Source of the DNA: Lama glama
Lineage: Eukaryota
Assembly (NCBI GenBank): GCA_028534125.1
Contig: CM052818.1
Coordinates: 22,942,001-23,006,000, forward strand
Length of the DNA: 64,000 nt
Reading direction: 5' to 3'
Shown in pieces: positions 36,988 to 49,799 of the stretch. The stretch's first letter is position 1, and every line of letters starts with the position of its first letter. Position numbers and translations under genes: made by a program. Under the pieces are notes generated by a model that had not been told where the DNA came from, searched no databases, and saw only the letters and a list, made by a program, of their open reading frames with translations.

Positions 36988-38236
36988 CTTAACAGAAAGA
37001 GTCAAGGTTTTTAATAACCATAATTTTCAAAGTGTTAAATTAACAATTTTTTCATGGATACTCAAGGGAATCAGGAAGGTGTAATGAAAGGGGACTGGGA
37101 AACTCCTATCCTGCCATGAGCCCTGTGTAACTCTGAGACTTTTAATATGCTTAAATCTTAGTTTCCTCATTCACCAAGTGTCAGGCATAGAGCTGAACAT
37201 TCAGTCTTGAACAAAACAAATGCGGGGCCTATGTCCCTGGAGTTTATGCTATTGCAAAGGTGACAGAAGTAAATACCAAATATATCATTAGAAACTGTAG
37301 AAATAAAAATAACAGGATGCTAGGAGAAAGCATAAAAGGAGGATCTAACTTAAATGAAGAGAGAGAAAGTGAGAGATCAAAAGAAGGGCAATCTGAAAAA
37401 GTGACACTTATGCTTGACCTACAAGATAAAGAAGAGACAGCCAGGCACTGTTTGGTACAGGCAGAGTACCTGCTAAAAAGTTGTTCAGAATTACAGGACT
37501 GGTGAGTTTTCCCAAGCTAATTTCTGCCAAAAGGAGGGAATGACTCAAGGCCTGGAGGAAGAAGTCGGAGAATGGAGGCAGAAAGCAGAGTTCAAACTAT
37601 TAGCTCCCTTCTGCTTCGCTGAGAGTTTCTAAGAGAAGTGAGACTTTCTAAGTGAAATCTGGAGAGCTCTGTTTTATATATTCACTTTTTAAAAAGTTTG
37701 GTGGTGAAGAAGTTAATTCTGGGGTTAGAATCTACCCTGTTAACCTGAGAATCTGCCCTGTTAACCTGAGCTCTTAATAAAGTAATTTACATTATTTTAT
37801 ATGTTACAAATGCTTAACTGATGTTCTTCTTACTTAATTCTTACAACACACCTGGGAGGTATGGGTTATTAACCTCTTTTTATAAGTGAAGAAAGTAAGG
37901 TTCATTGTGGGTAAGTGGCAGAGCCAAGACTCAAACACTAGCCTTCCAGTGCTACCCTGATGCCTTTCTACTGCACAAGTATCTGCCTTGACATTCACAG
38001 AAAACTGCTTGCCCTATCTGAAGATACTAATTTTAGTGGTTTTAAATTGCTAACAGCGAAATATATGTAACATGTGAAAGGATCAGAGATGACATCTCTT
38101 TACTTTCTCAAGTGATTGCTATGTTTATTATGTTTACTCTTTTCATATAAAGACAATTTTGAAAGGTTAGGTAAACTATTTTTTCTTATACTAAAGACAT
38201 AGCAAACAAATTTGCTGTCATGCCAGAAAAGGATAC
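36988..38236 (-). other. EML4: U12-type (minor spliceosome) GT-AG intron, EML4 intron 7 (1249 nt)
   Basis: 5' splice site GTATCCTTTT matches the U12 consensus RTATCCTTT; branch motif CCTTGAC (plus 37001-37007) with branch A about 15 nt before the AG. Confidence 0.92.
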
Positions 38237-38360
38237 GCCCACTCTAGTTTGAGCTTCTCAGGAGGCAGTTCTGTTCTGATGTCGTCATAGTTGTCAACAT
38301 CAGAAGGAATGAACATCGTAATTGGCCGACCTCGCATAAACATTTTAACATATTCTCCTT
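38237..38360 (-). CDS. EML4: EML4 exon 7 (124 nt), start of HELP motif
   Basis: cag|AAGGAG...GGGC|gtatcc; (E)GEYVKMFMRGRPITMFIPSDVDNYDDIRTELPPEKLKLEW(A). Confidence 0.97.
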
Positions 38361-40284
38361 CTGTTGAAACACAAGACAAAAATTAAGACAGATGTATTTG
38401 CTGAATGATCACAGAAGAGTGGATTATTAATGTGATGCAATAAAAACAAGATAAAAAATAGCTACTTCAGAGTTCTATTCTCATTGTATATAAAATTGTT
38501 TTCGTATAAAGACCTAGTCTGAAACATTGTAGGAAAAACCACTGGTCATTTCCTTAAGTGAGAGTAACTATTTTCATAATTAAAATATAACTAAAAGAAG
38601 GTCAGAAAAGCTGAGATCGAAAAAACGCAAAAGAAAACAGTTTTGTAATGCAAGTTTCTGACAGTTGAAAAGAAGAAAGACAATCAGGGTAGATAACAAC
38701 CATGAGCACCACACTACTTTGATCAACTCATTGATGTTTAATGACATACAAAAAACTTGGCCTCAGAATATACCACGAGGAGAGGAGTCAGACACCCTCA
38801 TAAATCAGGATGGGGAGAGAGAGAAGAGCTCTGCCACACAGGGCGGTGGGAGGGAAAGAGGACCAGCTTCCCTCACTTCACAATCCTGCCTACAATCAAT
38901 CTTGAGTCCAAGCAATTAAATTCAATTATAATATGCTAACACTTTAAAGACAGTGCTAGGATACAGTTCTCTAGTTAGCAGCATGAACATCTTCTACTTA
39001 CACAAACCAATAGTTGCTTATAAAGTCTGCAATAGTCTAAAGCTAAAAATGTTAAAAAGACAACTCTAGAATCAAATCAGTACTTATTGCAAATGGAAAC
39101 AATACTTAAGTGAACAGATGAGATTGTTTCTTATGTCTTAAAAACACATACACACACATATACACAATACCCATCCCTGGCCCCAGCACCCTGACCTACA
39201 TACAGACAGGTTTAATTAACAACATTGATACTAGTTGTAAAATGTTTACAAAAGAACCTAAAAGAGAAGGAGAAAATAAGGACTGAATACAGAAGCATAG
39301 GCAATATTGAGAACATGTCAACTTGTCAGGCATAACATGAAAATAGTGTTAGAAACAGACTGAAAATGTGATCATCAATAGAGGCTGATACAATCTTATG
39401 ACCTCTATTAATGACTGAAGCTATTAAGGAGAAGAGAACATAGTAATTCAGTCGTTTACATAATGCAAACCATGGAAGAAGAAGGAAAGAGAAATTATTT
39501 GCTGAATGTCTGCAAGTATCTCTTCAGAGTCAGATTTAAAAGTTGTGCCTGTTATGGGTGAGAAGTTCAAGTTATTTTTATTATTATTACTCACAGTGTG
39601 CTCAGCCTCAGGGTTTGATCTAAGAACAGGCTAAGACCTCCCACACCATGGTTTTAACACCACATGATGTATGTCTTTATTGCTTCTGATCTAAGAGTGG
39701 GCTCTGCTTCCTGACGAGTTTTAGCATAGCTGGATTCTGATAACTAAATGATCACCAGCTGCAACTGTTTCCCTCCGGCAATCACCTTTATCTGTATCTC
39801 CCTGTCCTTTTTCGTACAGTTTACTTTCTAAAGGAGCCAATTTGTTACGTAATTTTCCCTCCAGTTTTTTTTTTTTAAAGAATATAAATTATTAAAGGGA
39901 GATATCCTGTCCTTCGGAATTTCTTCCAGGATCTTTGATCAGAGGTGTATACTATAAATGTTTTCTGAATGAAAAAAATAAAACACTTAATAAATGCCAG
40001 TTAAAAGAGATTACATGTCCAGCAAAGGTATCAAAGAAAAAAAAAAGCTCTCCTTTGTTAAAAGAGCTCAAAATATTGTATTGATTCCTTTATCAAGTGT
40101 CATGCAGCACAAGCAACCAAGTATAAGCAAAGCAACTACGTATCGGGCACCTATGAACTTTTCTAATATAATATAAAAATGGCAATACACGTTAGGATGA
40201 AAATGCGTTTCCTGCCTGTAAACTGCAGTAAGTACGTTGGAGGCCAAGCATATAATCCGGACACTGTGAACAATTTCTGAGACT

Positions 40285-40490
40285 GAGAGGGAGGCAATGC
40301 ATTATAATGGAAAGAACATGAGCTTTGGAAAAAGACTGATGGGGATCTGAATCCCCGCTTTACCCCTTCCCAGCTATGTGACTTTCGCCTCATTCTCCTA
40401 ATAAGTACAATGCTAATACTACTTACCACTTAGAATTATGATTGATTAAATAAGATATCACACTGTAAAGTATAAGGTCCTTGACAAATA
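40285..40490 (+). mobile_element. MIR SINE
   Basis: ggaaagaacatgagctttgg...tctgaatccc...agctatgtgacttt. Confidence 0.55.
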
Positions 40491-40671
40491 TTTATTTCCT
40501 TCCCTTAGAGAAGAATTTATGACCATTCTAAACACTGGCTAGGAATTGCTGATAAGACATGATTTAACACACTGTAATCTCTCTTCATAAGCTTTAAAGT
40601 GACTGCCCACAGAATAGCAAGTGTAGGAAAATAAGCTAGAATTCTGTAGATTCTATCATGTACACTTTAAT

Positions 40672-40972
40672 ACAGGGGTCACAAGTTCAAGCATCTACAG
40701 GCCCAGGCAGGAAATGCAAAATGAGGACTGGTTGGTGTAGGGGCACTGGCGTACACCGGACTCCATCTCAGGGAGGCAGCAGCTAATCATTCTCATGAAA
40801 GATGTGGGCCCAGGGCTGCTAGATCTTCTCATTTTTCAAGAGAAAGAGAAAATCTGTAATTTACTGTGACATCTCCCAATCTTTAAATGTTTACTCCTTC
40901 GCCAACAAAGGGAGAATACCATGAGAAAACATCCTTGGCCTGTATACAGCTCACAGGTCACCAGTTCACAAT
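40672..40972. mobile_element. MER102-like hAT-Charlie relic
   Basis: caggggtcacaagttcaagcatctacagg...gctagatcttctcatttttcaagagaa. Confidence 0.55.
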
Positions 40973-41827
40973 TTAAGAATTATGTGAGTCTTTACCTTGA
41001 GAATCAGATAAAATATATACATGAAGAATCTCTTTCCTCCTCAATCACTATTGAGTCAAATTCTCACTATAACCTTTTTTAGAGGCTGACAGGTTTCTTG
41101 ATCTTACAGTCCAACAACTTAACAATTTGTTTTACCCCAATGCTACTTTCTGGCTGTCTGCATTGTAAACTATCATGAAAGTCAAGGGGAAGGAATGGGC
41201 CATGGGACTGGTCAAAGAAGACTATGAGATCAGTAACATTAATACATTGATAAAGTCTGCTGGTCCAGAAAATCAATGTGAAGAAAAGAAATAATTAAAC
41301 TACCTATCTCATGATAATCAGTGAACACAGTATAGGGCCTTACATACGTATTCAACAGTGAAGCTGCAGTTTTTTAAAATGTAATTAATCTCAACATTTT
41401 ATCTCCTACCTTGGCATCTTGAAAGTTCCTGGGACTGAGAGGGAGGCTATACCACATCGTGGAGAGAACACAAACTTTGTGATAAAGGCAGACCTTGTTT
41501 GAATCCCAGCTTTATCACTTAACTAGCCTGTGCTCAAATAAAATAAATATTCCTAATTGAATCTGGTCAATGATAACACAGCTTAATTACAAAAGAAGAA
41601 ATTCTGTGGGATACTGTTGATACCATAAATATTATTATTAGTTCATTTCTCTAGACACATATAATATTGGAACTGTATGAAATCTTAGAGCTCACCTAGT
41701 CCAAACCTCTACTTTTAAAGAAAGGGAAACCAAGGCTCAGAGGTCAAATGAGTTTTTAGACTGTGTTCCAAAATATTATGTTACTTAGAACTTGGGAAAC
41801 ATTTTCATTCTAAACTATGTTCTAGAT

Positions 41828-42127
41828 CAGCACTGTCCAAAATGATAGTCACTGGTAGAACATTTAGAATGCAGCTAGTGTGAACTGAGATATGCTTTCA
41901 GTGTACTATACACACCAGATTTTGAAGACTTAGTCTGAAAAAAAAAAAGGGTAAAATGTCTCATTAATGACTTTTTATAGATTATACATTGAAATGATAT
42001 TCTGCATATACTGGGTTAAATATATTAAATTTAATCTTATCTGTGTCTTTATTTTTTTTAAGTGTGACTCCTAGAACATTTTAAATTATATATGTGTTAC
42101 ACATGACATTTCCACTGGATAGTACTG
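41828..42127. mobile_element. MER33-like hAT-Charlie MITE (about 300 bp)
   Basis: TIRs cagcactgtcca / tggatagtactg; internal gaactgagatatgct...tacacaccagattttgaagacttagt. Confidence 0.75.
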
Positions 42128-45100
42128 TTCAGGCAGTCTAGTCCATGTAAGTCCAATAACCTGACAGTACAGCTTACTTATAATCCAAATGGTACCAGCG
42201 TGAGCTCTGGATCCTAACAGTAGGAAATCAGAGAGTACAACAGAAAAGGAAGATGTTTCTGTTCTATTATCTCTGGGAAGAGTGAATGCCTGGCAAAAAT
42301 TTGAAACACTTGATGTTACACTTTTCTTTCTATGTGCTTCTTTCTGGCACACCTCTGAGCCTTCCCCTCAGTCTCCTCAGGTTTTGTTAACTCTCCTACT
42401 TCAGCTTCTCCCCTGGGCTGTCCTATCCCCCAGCGTGCTCCAGACTGCAAGATGATCTTCATATTCCCTGATCCAAACTTTCTGAGATAGTTATCTTACA
42501 TGCTCTGAGAAAAGCAGTACTGCTGAAATGACTCATACTGATACAAACAACTGTTTACTAACAGTATGTATATATTTATAAGATGTTTATCAAAATTTAT
42601 TAATCTTTCACTGACTGTAACACAGTGAAAGGAAAAAAAAAAAGAGTAGAAGAAAATTAGTACTGGGTATACTCTGCTCCAAGATTGGTTCCTTCTATGC
42701 TTTTTTTCATAGCCTGCTCTATTTCTGCACCTAGAGACTGAAAAAAAAAAAAGGCTTTGAAAGGCAATAGCAGAGCCTCAAGGGTTTGCACTATGACTTA
42801 TCTGTGTAATGGGTACTGCCCATAGAAAGTCTTCTGAACTTCTGGAATGCTTAGTTTAAAGCATCTTTCTCCCAAACTTTTCACTTCAGGAATTCATTTT
42901 TATTTGTATTTCACAATCTGTAGAACTGAAGATCACCACCTGCTCAAACTGAATTTTATATTTAACTAAAATGCAGCAGTGTGCCGCTACCTAATTCCAG
43001 CAAACAGAAAATTTAAGAATCTTTACTTAGTTTGAGCTTTTTCTCTGATACTAACCAGTACTATTCCCCAAAACCACAGAGCTAAAGAGAAGGTGGGTGA
43101 ACAAAATACTGGAAATACTGACTACAATTTAATGGTGGAAAGTGACAAAAACCATTTTAGGAAGGCTAAAATCTTTTCCTAAAATGATTTTTTTTTAACG
43201 AAATATTTCAAGTCCTAGTTAATGATCTAGTTAAACTGTAGTAATAATTTTTAAAAATTCCACTGAAACAACGTAATCTGTAAGGATCTTTGAATTTTGA
43301 ACAAGGAAATTGATTTTTCCTGATAAAGTCTCAATTTCACCCCCTTTTAAAGTTTTAGCTGGACAAATAGATCATAAAAGGTAGACTCCAAAATAAAAAA
43401 AGGGGTGCTCACAAATTCAGAAGGATATATAATCTAACCTTATTTTGCAGATTAAAAAAATTCCCAGTTGTAGTGCTTGCCAAATACTATGCAGTTAGTT
43501 TTACTGGCTAGAACAAGAACCCAGGTCTGAAAACTTTAACCAAACACTAAAATGTTACCTTAATTTTAGTCATTCTATAGGCAGAGTTCTACTAGACGAT
43601 AAATTTTATTGAATTCTTCATTATTTGAGAAGTGGGGTGAGGGTGCACAATGAAGATATTTAAAAAATATGAACCTAGACCCTTAGGAGCTTATAACAGA
43701 GACATAACCAAGTCTTACGATATCTGCCAATCAACATATATACTAATATAGTAATAAGCCAATTTGCAGTTAACCATTTTCTTGAATCTTTTTAAACCTC
43801 TTTTAATCAGATTTCTCTTTGCTGTTTTGTTTATAACTGTGATTGTCACAAAATTACTTGAAAATATCAGATATGGGAGTTTGTGTAAGCATTTTAGATT
43901 ATTTTTACTGCCTGAAAAAGGCTTTCTTTTGGGAAAGATGAGAAAGAAGTCTATCCCAACAGTATAAGGCACATAAAACTTTTAAAGGATTTTCTATATT
44001 GCTAAAAACACTTCTCAACTAAGCAAAACATAGTTGTATTTTAAAACACCCTCAAATCACTCATTTATATTCCCAGGAAGAGTTATTTTAAACATTAAAC
44101 AAAAAAATTCTTTTCATTTTATCTGGATATAGCAAGTTGGATTTAATTTTTTAAAAATAAATTCAAAAAAAAAACTTCAGATGTCAAAATATTTGTCCCT
44201 CTAGCTGTTTCTCAATTAACTACAGTAGAAAGAGAATCAAGAGGCCCCAGGCAAACAATAAAAACCTATATGTGCTTTTTAATTAAACAGGATTAAGGAG
44301 AGACCTCAATTTTATCCTTAATGATTTCTTAAAAAAAAAACTGAGTAAAAAAAAAGCAAAATGTAAAGATCTAATAAATCTGGGTGCCTGAAATATTATT
44401 TGTATATATTTTTAGAAAGATTAAAAACATTTAACATTCTTTAAAAATCTTAAAAAAGTATTATTAAAGTAAATAATCAATAGAATATTTTTGGTGAAAT
44501 TGTTCTTTGGAGAATCAAAAAATATTTGGACAGCCTTGAAACACATTTTAATCCAGAAGACTGTCACCACCACCACCAAGAAATCAGATTTCTGCTTCAC
44601 AGGGCTTAAAAAAAAAAAATCTCCAACAGAGAAGAGGTACCCCCTTTTTGGTCTCCTTTTAAAACACAGAGAATACTTGGACAAAGCCCAGACCTAGAGA
44701 TCCAAGTAGTGTTTATATAGCCTATTTAAAATAAGCCAGTATCTAAATTTTGGAAGTCAGTATGTTTTTTGGGAAATGCAATATTTGGTTTCCTGGTCTT
44801 CCTGCTTATTCATACTCAAACAGACTTAAAGCTAGCACCCTTCTTTCTAAATTCTAGAATTGCAAAGTTTTGGATACCATCTCAGAAACAACAAGGAAAG
44901 ATTCTATCTGTAGCTCAATTAACGGCTTTTCACTTTTTTTTTTTTTGGTTTATTTCAAGCTGCACAACCTCTCAGCAGGTGACAGTATATTCCCGCTCAG
45001 TAGGTAACACAATAGCAGTAGGACACTGCTATCCTATACACTTTACAGGTAAATTTTAGCTATTCTTTCAGATACAATTCTTAGTTTACACAGGTGTGAT

Positions 45101-45699
45101 CTGGTTTTTGGATAGCCTAGGCCTGGAGCCAACAGGTCAGAAAGCAACACAAGGCACTGGCACTGAACAAAAGCACCTGCATTCAAACTCTTCAACAGGT
45201 AGATTAAACGTGAGTTAGTGAAGGTTCGGGGCGAAGGGGGGTGGTGGGGGGCGGCTGTCCTCCATTTTCTATTTGCTGCAAGAAAAAAAGCTTTCAAAAA
45301 TTATTAAAGACGTCACCTTTTGTGACGTCTAGTCTAACCCTAAGTATATGTGAGGGAACTAAGGTCTGGGGTCTCAGTCACAGAGGAAAAATTATTACTA
45401 GATGAAGAATGCTTCATTTTTTTCATAATTTCTTTTGGCAAATGAAAATTTGAGTTTCACTCCAACCTACATTCATAATTTTAGTCATTGTAGGATTCTG
45501 ATTCTTCAAACTTCTGTGATTCAGGTCATTTCATCCCTAACTAGGTCTCAGGCTTATAATTCTTACCCTCTTCCCACTAAACAACTCTGCTTCCCTTTCC
45601 TAACTGCAGTGACTAATGAAGCTTCTGTTGCTTAGAATGAATCTATAATTGCAATTGTTAACCATAAATGCAATGGTTAACAAATACAAAACTGTATGC

Positions 45700-46076
45700 A
45701 CACTACAATCAGTGACCTTCTTGTTGCTCCTTAACACAGCAAGAAAGCTCTTGCCTCAGGGCTCATGTACTTCCAGGTTTCTCTGCTCAGGAAATTCTCT
45801 CTCCAGATCCCCACATTGTTCACTCACTTCCTTCAGGTGGCTCAAATGTCACTTTATGAGAAATGTCTTCCCTAACCACTCTATATAAAACAGCCATTCT
45901 CTCTCCTCATTCTTTCCCAACGTATATTATGTCCTGACATATTAAGTACTTATTATCTTTTTCTTTTAGGGAGAACATAAGTTCCACAGAGTTCAGACAA
46001 TGTAATCACTGTATCTCCAAGTGCCTGAGACAGATCCTGACAAAATACACTCAGTAAATATTTGTTAAATGAATAA
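45700..46076 (+). mobile_element. L2 3' end fragment
   Basis: ctcacttccttcaggtggctcaaatgtcac...cactcagtaaatatttgttaaatgaataaa. Confidence 0.7.
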
Positions 46077-47649
46077 ACGTTTAAAATGTGTATCTGACAA
46101 AGAATAAAGAAACATCAGAACTGTAACAGCTGTGAAAATGACACGATTACTTAGAGGTCTTTGTTTTCCTTTCTCCAGTTTTGTAAATGAGTTTATATTG
46201 TGTATTTTTAGATTATATGAATAACTGGCTACAACAAATTACCGAAGGATTTTTGATAGTATTTCAAAATGACTTTTAAAGTATTTTTCATCTGAAGCCA
46301 TTTTAGACAGGTAGCTAGGTAGCTAGTAAGAAATTGTCAATTCTTAATTTTGAAAGATATTATAGTAACTGTTCTTCCATCTAAATACACCTGTAGTTAA
46401 GCTATCATTGCGCTGGTCTGGTGGTTAAGCAAGAATGAATTTAATCACAGAGCAGTGAGGCAGCTTTATAAAAGGAAGTAAGAGTGTGATTTGGTGATTG
46501 ATGAGTTCTTTTCCTCAATTAAGCAAATTTTTCTCATTCAGGTTCTCAACATGACCAAACAATGAATTATGTGCTAATTCTAAATATCAAGAGTTTAAGA
46601 TACTACAAGCAAAAAGAGACATTATTTAAGCCTGAAGAAAAGTTAATATCCAATAATTTGAGGACCTTTGGGTTCTCCTCTAGAAATGAGGACACGTGAC
46701 ACTTATTTTCCATATTTTAAAAATGTAAAATGATTATGAATCAATAAAAATGTAAAAAAAATGTAATATACTCGGTAACTATTGTAAGAATGAGCTTATA
46801 GTCTGTACTCATTTTGTTTATTACAAAATTTGTCAGTTATCTATATTCCCCCAAGGGTAATTTATTATAAAAGGTGATTACAGTTCCCCAACTTAGCTCA
46901 AAGAACTTTATCAATAGCTTCTCAAATGAATAGTACTGTACTAGAACCTAAATGCTACATCTAACAATAAATAGTTCTACAGAAAAAATTATTCACAGTT
47001 TAACTTTGACAGGCCAAGTCTTATTTCTCTTGCAACGGGAGAGAATTCAACAGAACAGAAGAGGAATGAAAAGGGGCTTAAGCTTCAGGGACTTGAGGGT
47101 ATGAGGGTAGATACGGATCTAAGTCAGTAGGAGCCTCTTTTTAGTGGAGTAACCTGTCCCTCCTCTCACACCAAGGCTCTGAGACTGCCCTGTGAACATC
47201 CCATTTCAACCATGGTTTCCTTCCTACTGTCTAAGTGCTGACCAGATGTGCAGCTTTACTGCTCTTCTGAGCCTGACATACACAGGCCTTTCAGGTAGTT
47301 CTCTCTTATACCACTCACCTATATGTATCAAACGTAAACAGGCTTGTTCTCAAAACAAAGCAGATGGCTTAGAGCAAGTCACACTTGTCACTGTCAAAAA
47401 AGAGCTAAAGAAATTAAAAAATTGTATTTTTAAAAGACTGTCCAAAAATGACAGAGTTTTTGGATCAATAAATACCTGAAGTGTAAGAAAATGTGCTGTG
47501 AATATGCTATGCAAAATGAGTATCAAACTTAAAATATATCTACAACTTATACCAAGTAAAGATCATCTATTTGATGGTCATCTTTTCATCTTAACTCTAC
47601 ACATTTGAGTGCAAGGTTTTACTGTCACACTCATATACAGTAATAAAAT

Positions 47650-47832
47650 TTATTTGTACTGTGTGCCAGGTATTAGTTTAAATGTTTTATTACCTTTAAT
47701 TTTTATAATCACCCTTTGAGTGCTTATTATTATCTCTATTATAGATGAGAAAACAAAGACTTAAGAAGGTGAATTAACCTGCTTGAGGTCACAGGCTAAG
47801 TAAATGGTGAAACCAGTCTCTGGACTCCAAAA
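47650..47832 (-). mobile_element. MIR SINE
   Basis: tactgtgtgccagg...atagatgagaaaac...aacctgcttgaggtcacag. Confidence 0.65.
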
Positions 47833-49799
47833 TACGTGTTTAAACATCTACATGTAGAGGTTGCTACACATCTTTACAAGTAAATTAAGTCTTATACACT
47901 CAAGTATAAATGTCCAAAACCAAACTCTATTCTTTCCATACATCTACTCCTCCTCAAATGTTCCTTACTTTTAGTTGATGCCTCTTACCAAGTCTCAGGC
48001 TGGCTTTCACAGATTCCTTCTGTTCCTTACCTCTCATACCCTACCTGTAATCTCCTAAACCATCTAGAATCCATCTACTTCTTTCCATAGGCTCTGCTCC
48101 AATTTCAGTCAGGCCTGAATTACATAACAGGACAAGGCACAAGAGATCTCCTTCAAGGTACAGTCTAACGATATACATAGCTGATTAAAATGGCAAAGGA
48201 ACAGACTCATATTCCAAAATTAAAGCTTAATGCAAGCAACATTTGACACTGCTAAATTCCAACATCTGGGACAAACTTTTTCAGTTAAAAATTCTTGTAA
48301 CAGAATTTAACTTATTTTTTCTATATCCTTTTCCAGTTTTTCATTCCATCCTTCTTCCCCGCTTTAATGACTTCTCTAGCAAAACCCTTCCCTTTTAAAT
48401 ATTTACTTACCTGCTTACTTCAGTGGTTTTGAAAACTGTCACCAACACAAATCACTCACTTATTATATACTAATCACAAGTTCCCTTTTCCTTCCAAAGA
48501 ACATATCACAGCATGACAAAGAGGGAGGTAGCCTTTTCTCATTCACTCTATAAGGATTTTATAAAATTTGAGCTGTCTAGCAAAACATGTAATAACAGCA
48601 GCACCTTTCTATAGTTACAGTGTTTTCTGTTTTTAAAGTTCTTTCATGCAGGTTATTTTATCCTTCAGCAGTCTTGTGAAGTAAACTTTATAGTTATTCT
48701 TCTCAAATTCGAAAACTGCCCAGAGACACTGCCATTTTGCCTGGGTCACAGCGTGTTCTACAAAAGAGCCAAACACTAAACATAGAGACTCCACACTCAC
48801 TGCTCTTTCCACTCTATATCACTACCTCTATTTAAAAAAAAAATAGCTTTAATACATATAATAAGAATTGTCTTTGTAAATAAAATTTCATTTTTTTCTT
48901 AAGGTATTTCAACCATTACTTAATCTATACTTAATTATAAAGGAGGGACAAAGTAAGACCTAACTAAAGGAGAACAGCAGCAAAAACCAACTTTATTTAG
49001 AATTTCTATGAAAAAACAAATGATCCAAAGAAGATTGCAAATATTTTTCTTATTAGAATCAAAAACTACAGAAATCAAATTGAATCTCTAACAAAAATTT
49101 TAACTACACTGTATATGGTTAATATAATAAATAGCCCAGAAAATAAAGATAACTAGGACATATAGAAATGAGCTGTAAAAAGCATGCACAGAAAAGACAT
49201 GCTTTCATTTAGAAGAGCATGCTTCAATTAAACTTGCAGGCAATCGAAGGAGAATGTAAAACTGATGTATAAATCTTACCTACTTTGCAATTAAGTGAAA
49301 TACACATTTACAGAAAGTCTGATCTTTTTTGGGTCAGAACAAGCCAACAACAGCAAGTAGCCAGAAATTACAATTAATATAAAAGAAAAATTTAAGAGGA
49401 AATGGGTTTGCTAGACTCATATTTTTTAAGTCTTAGCTTCAAGAAATGAGTGATTATTTGCAATGAAGTTGGCAAGACAGGAAACTGAGTTAAAATTTAC
49501 CAATCTTTTAAATGGCTTTTCTAAGTACAACTTCTATTTTCATAAAAAAAAGGGGGGGGGGAATTCCCCTTAGTATTTTATCTCTTTGTAATGATATAAT
49601 TATTTCTACTGTTAACCTTGACTCTTTAGAGATCATGGAAATAAGATGAATTTTTAGAAAAGTGGTTAGATTCACTAGTTCAAATTACTGTATTTCTTTT
49701 AGTAAGAGGAAAGCCAGGTATATAAATAATGAAAAGCCAAATAAGAGATCCAGGAAGAAATTAACTTAGAAGGCGACCAACTGCGTAGCTTATTCTTAC

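Noticed and set aside
38352..38363. NAGNAG tandem acceptor CAG|AAG|GAG at exon 7
   Set aside because: CAG is generally strongly preferred over a downstream AAG or GAG; nothing in the sequence indicates alternative use
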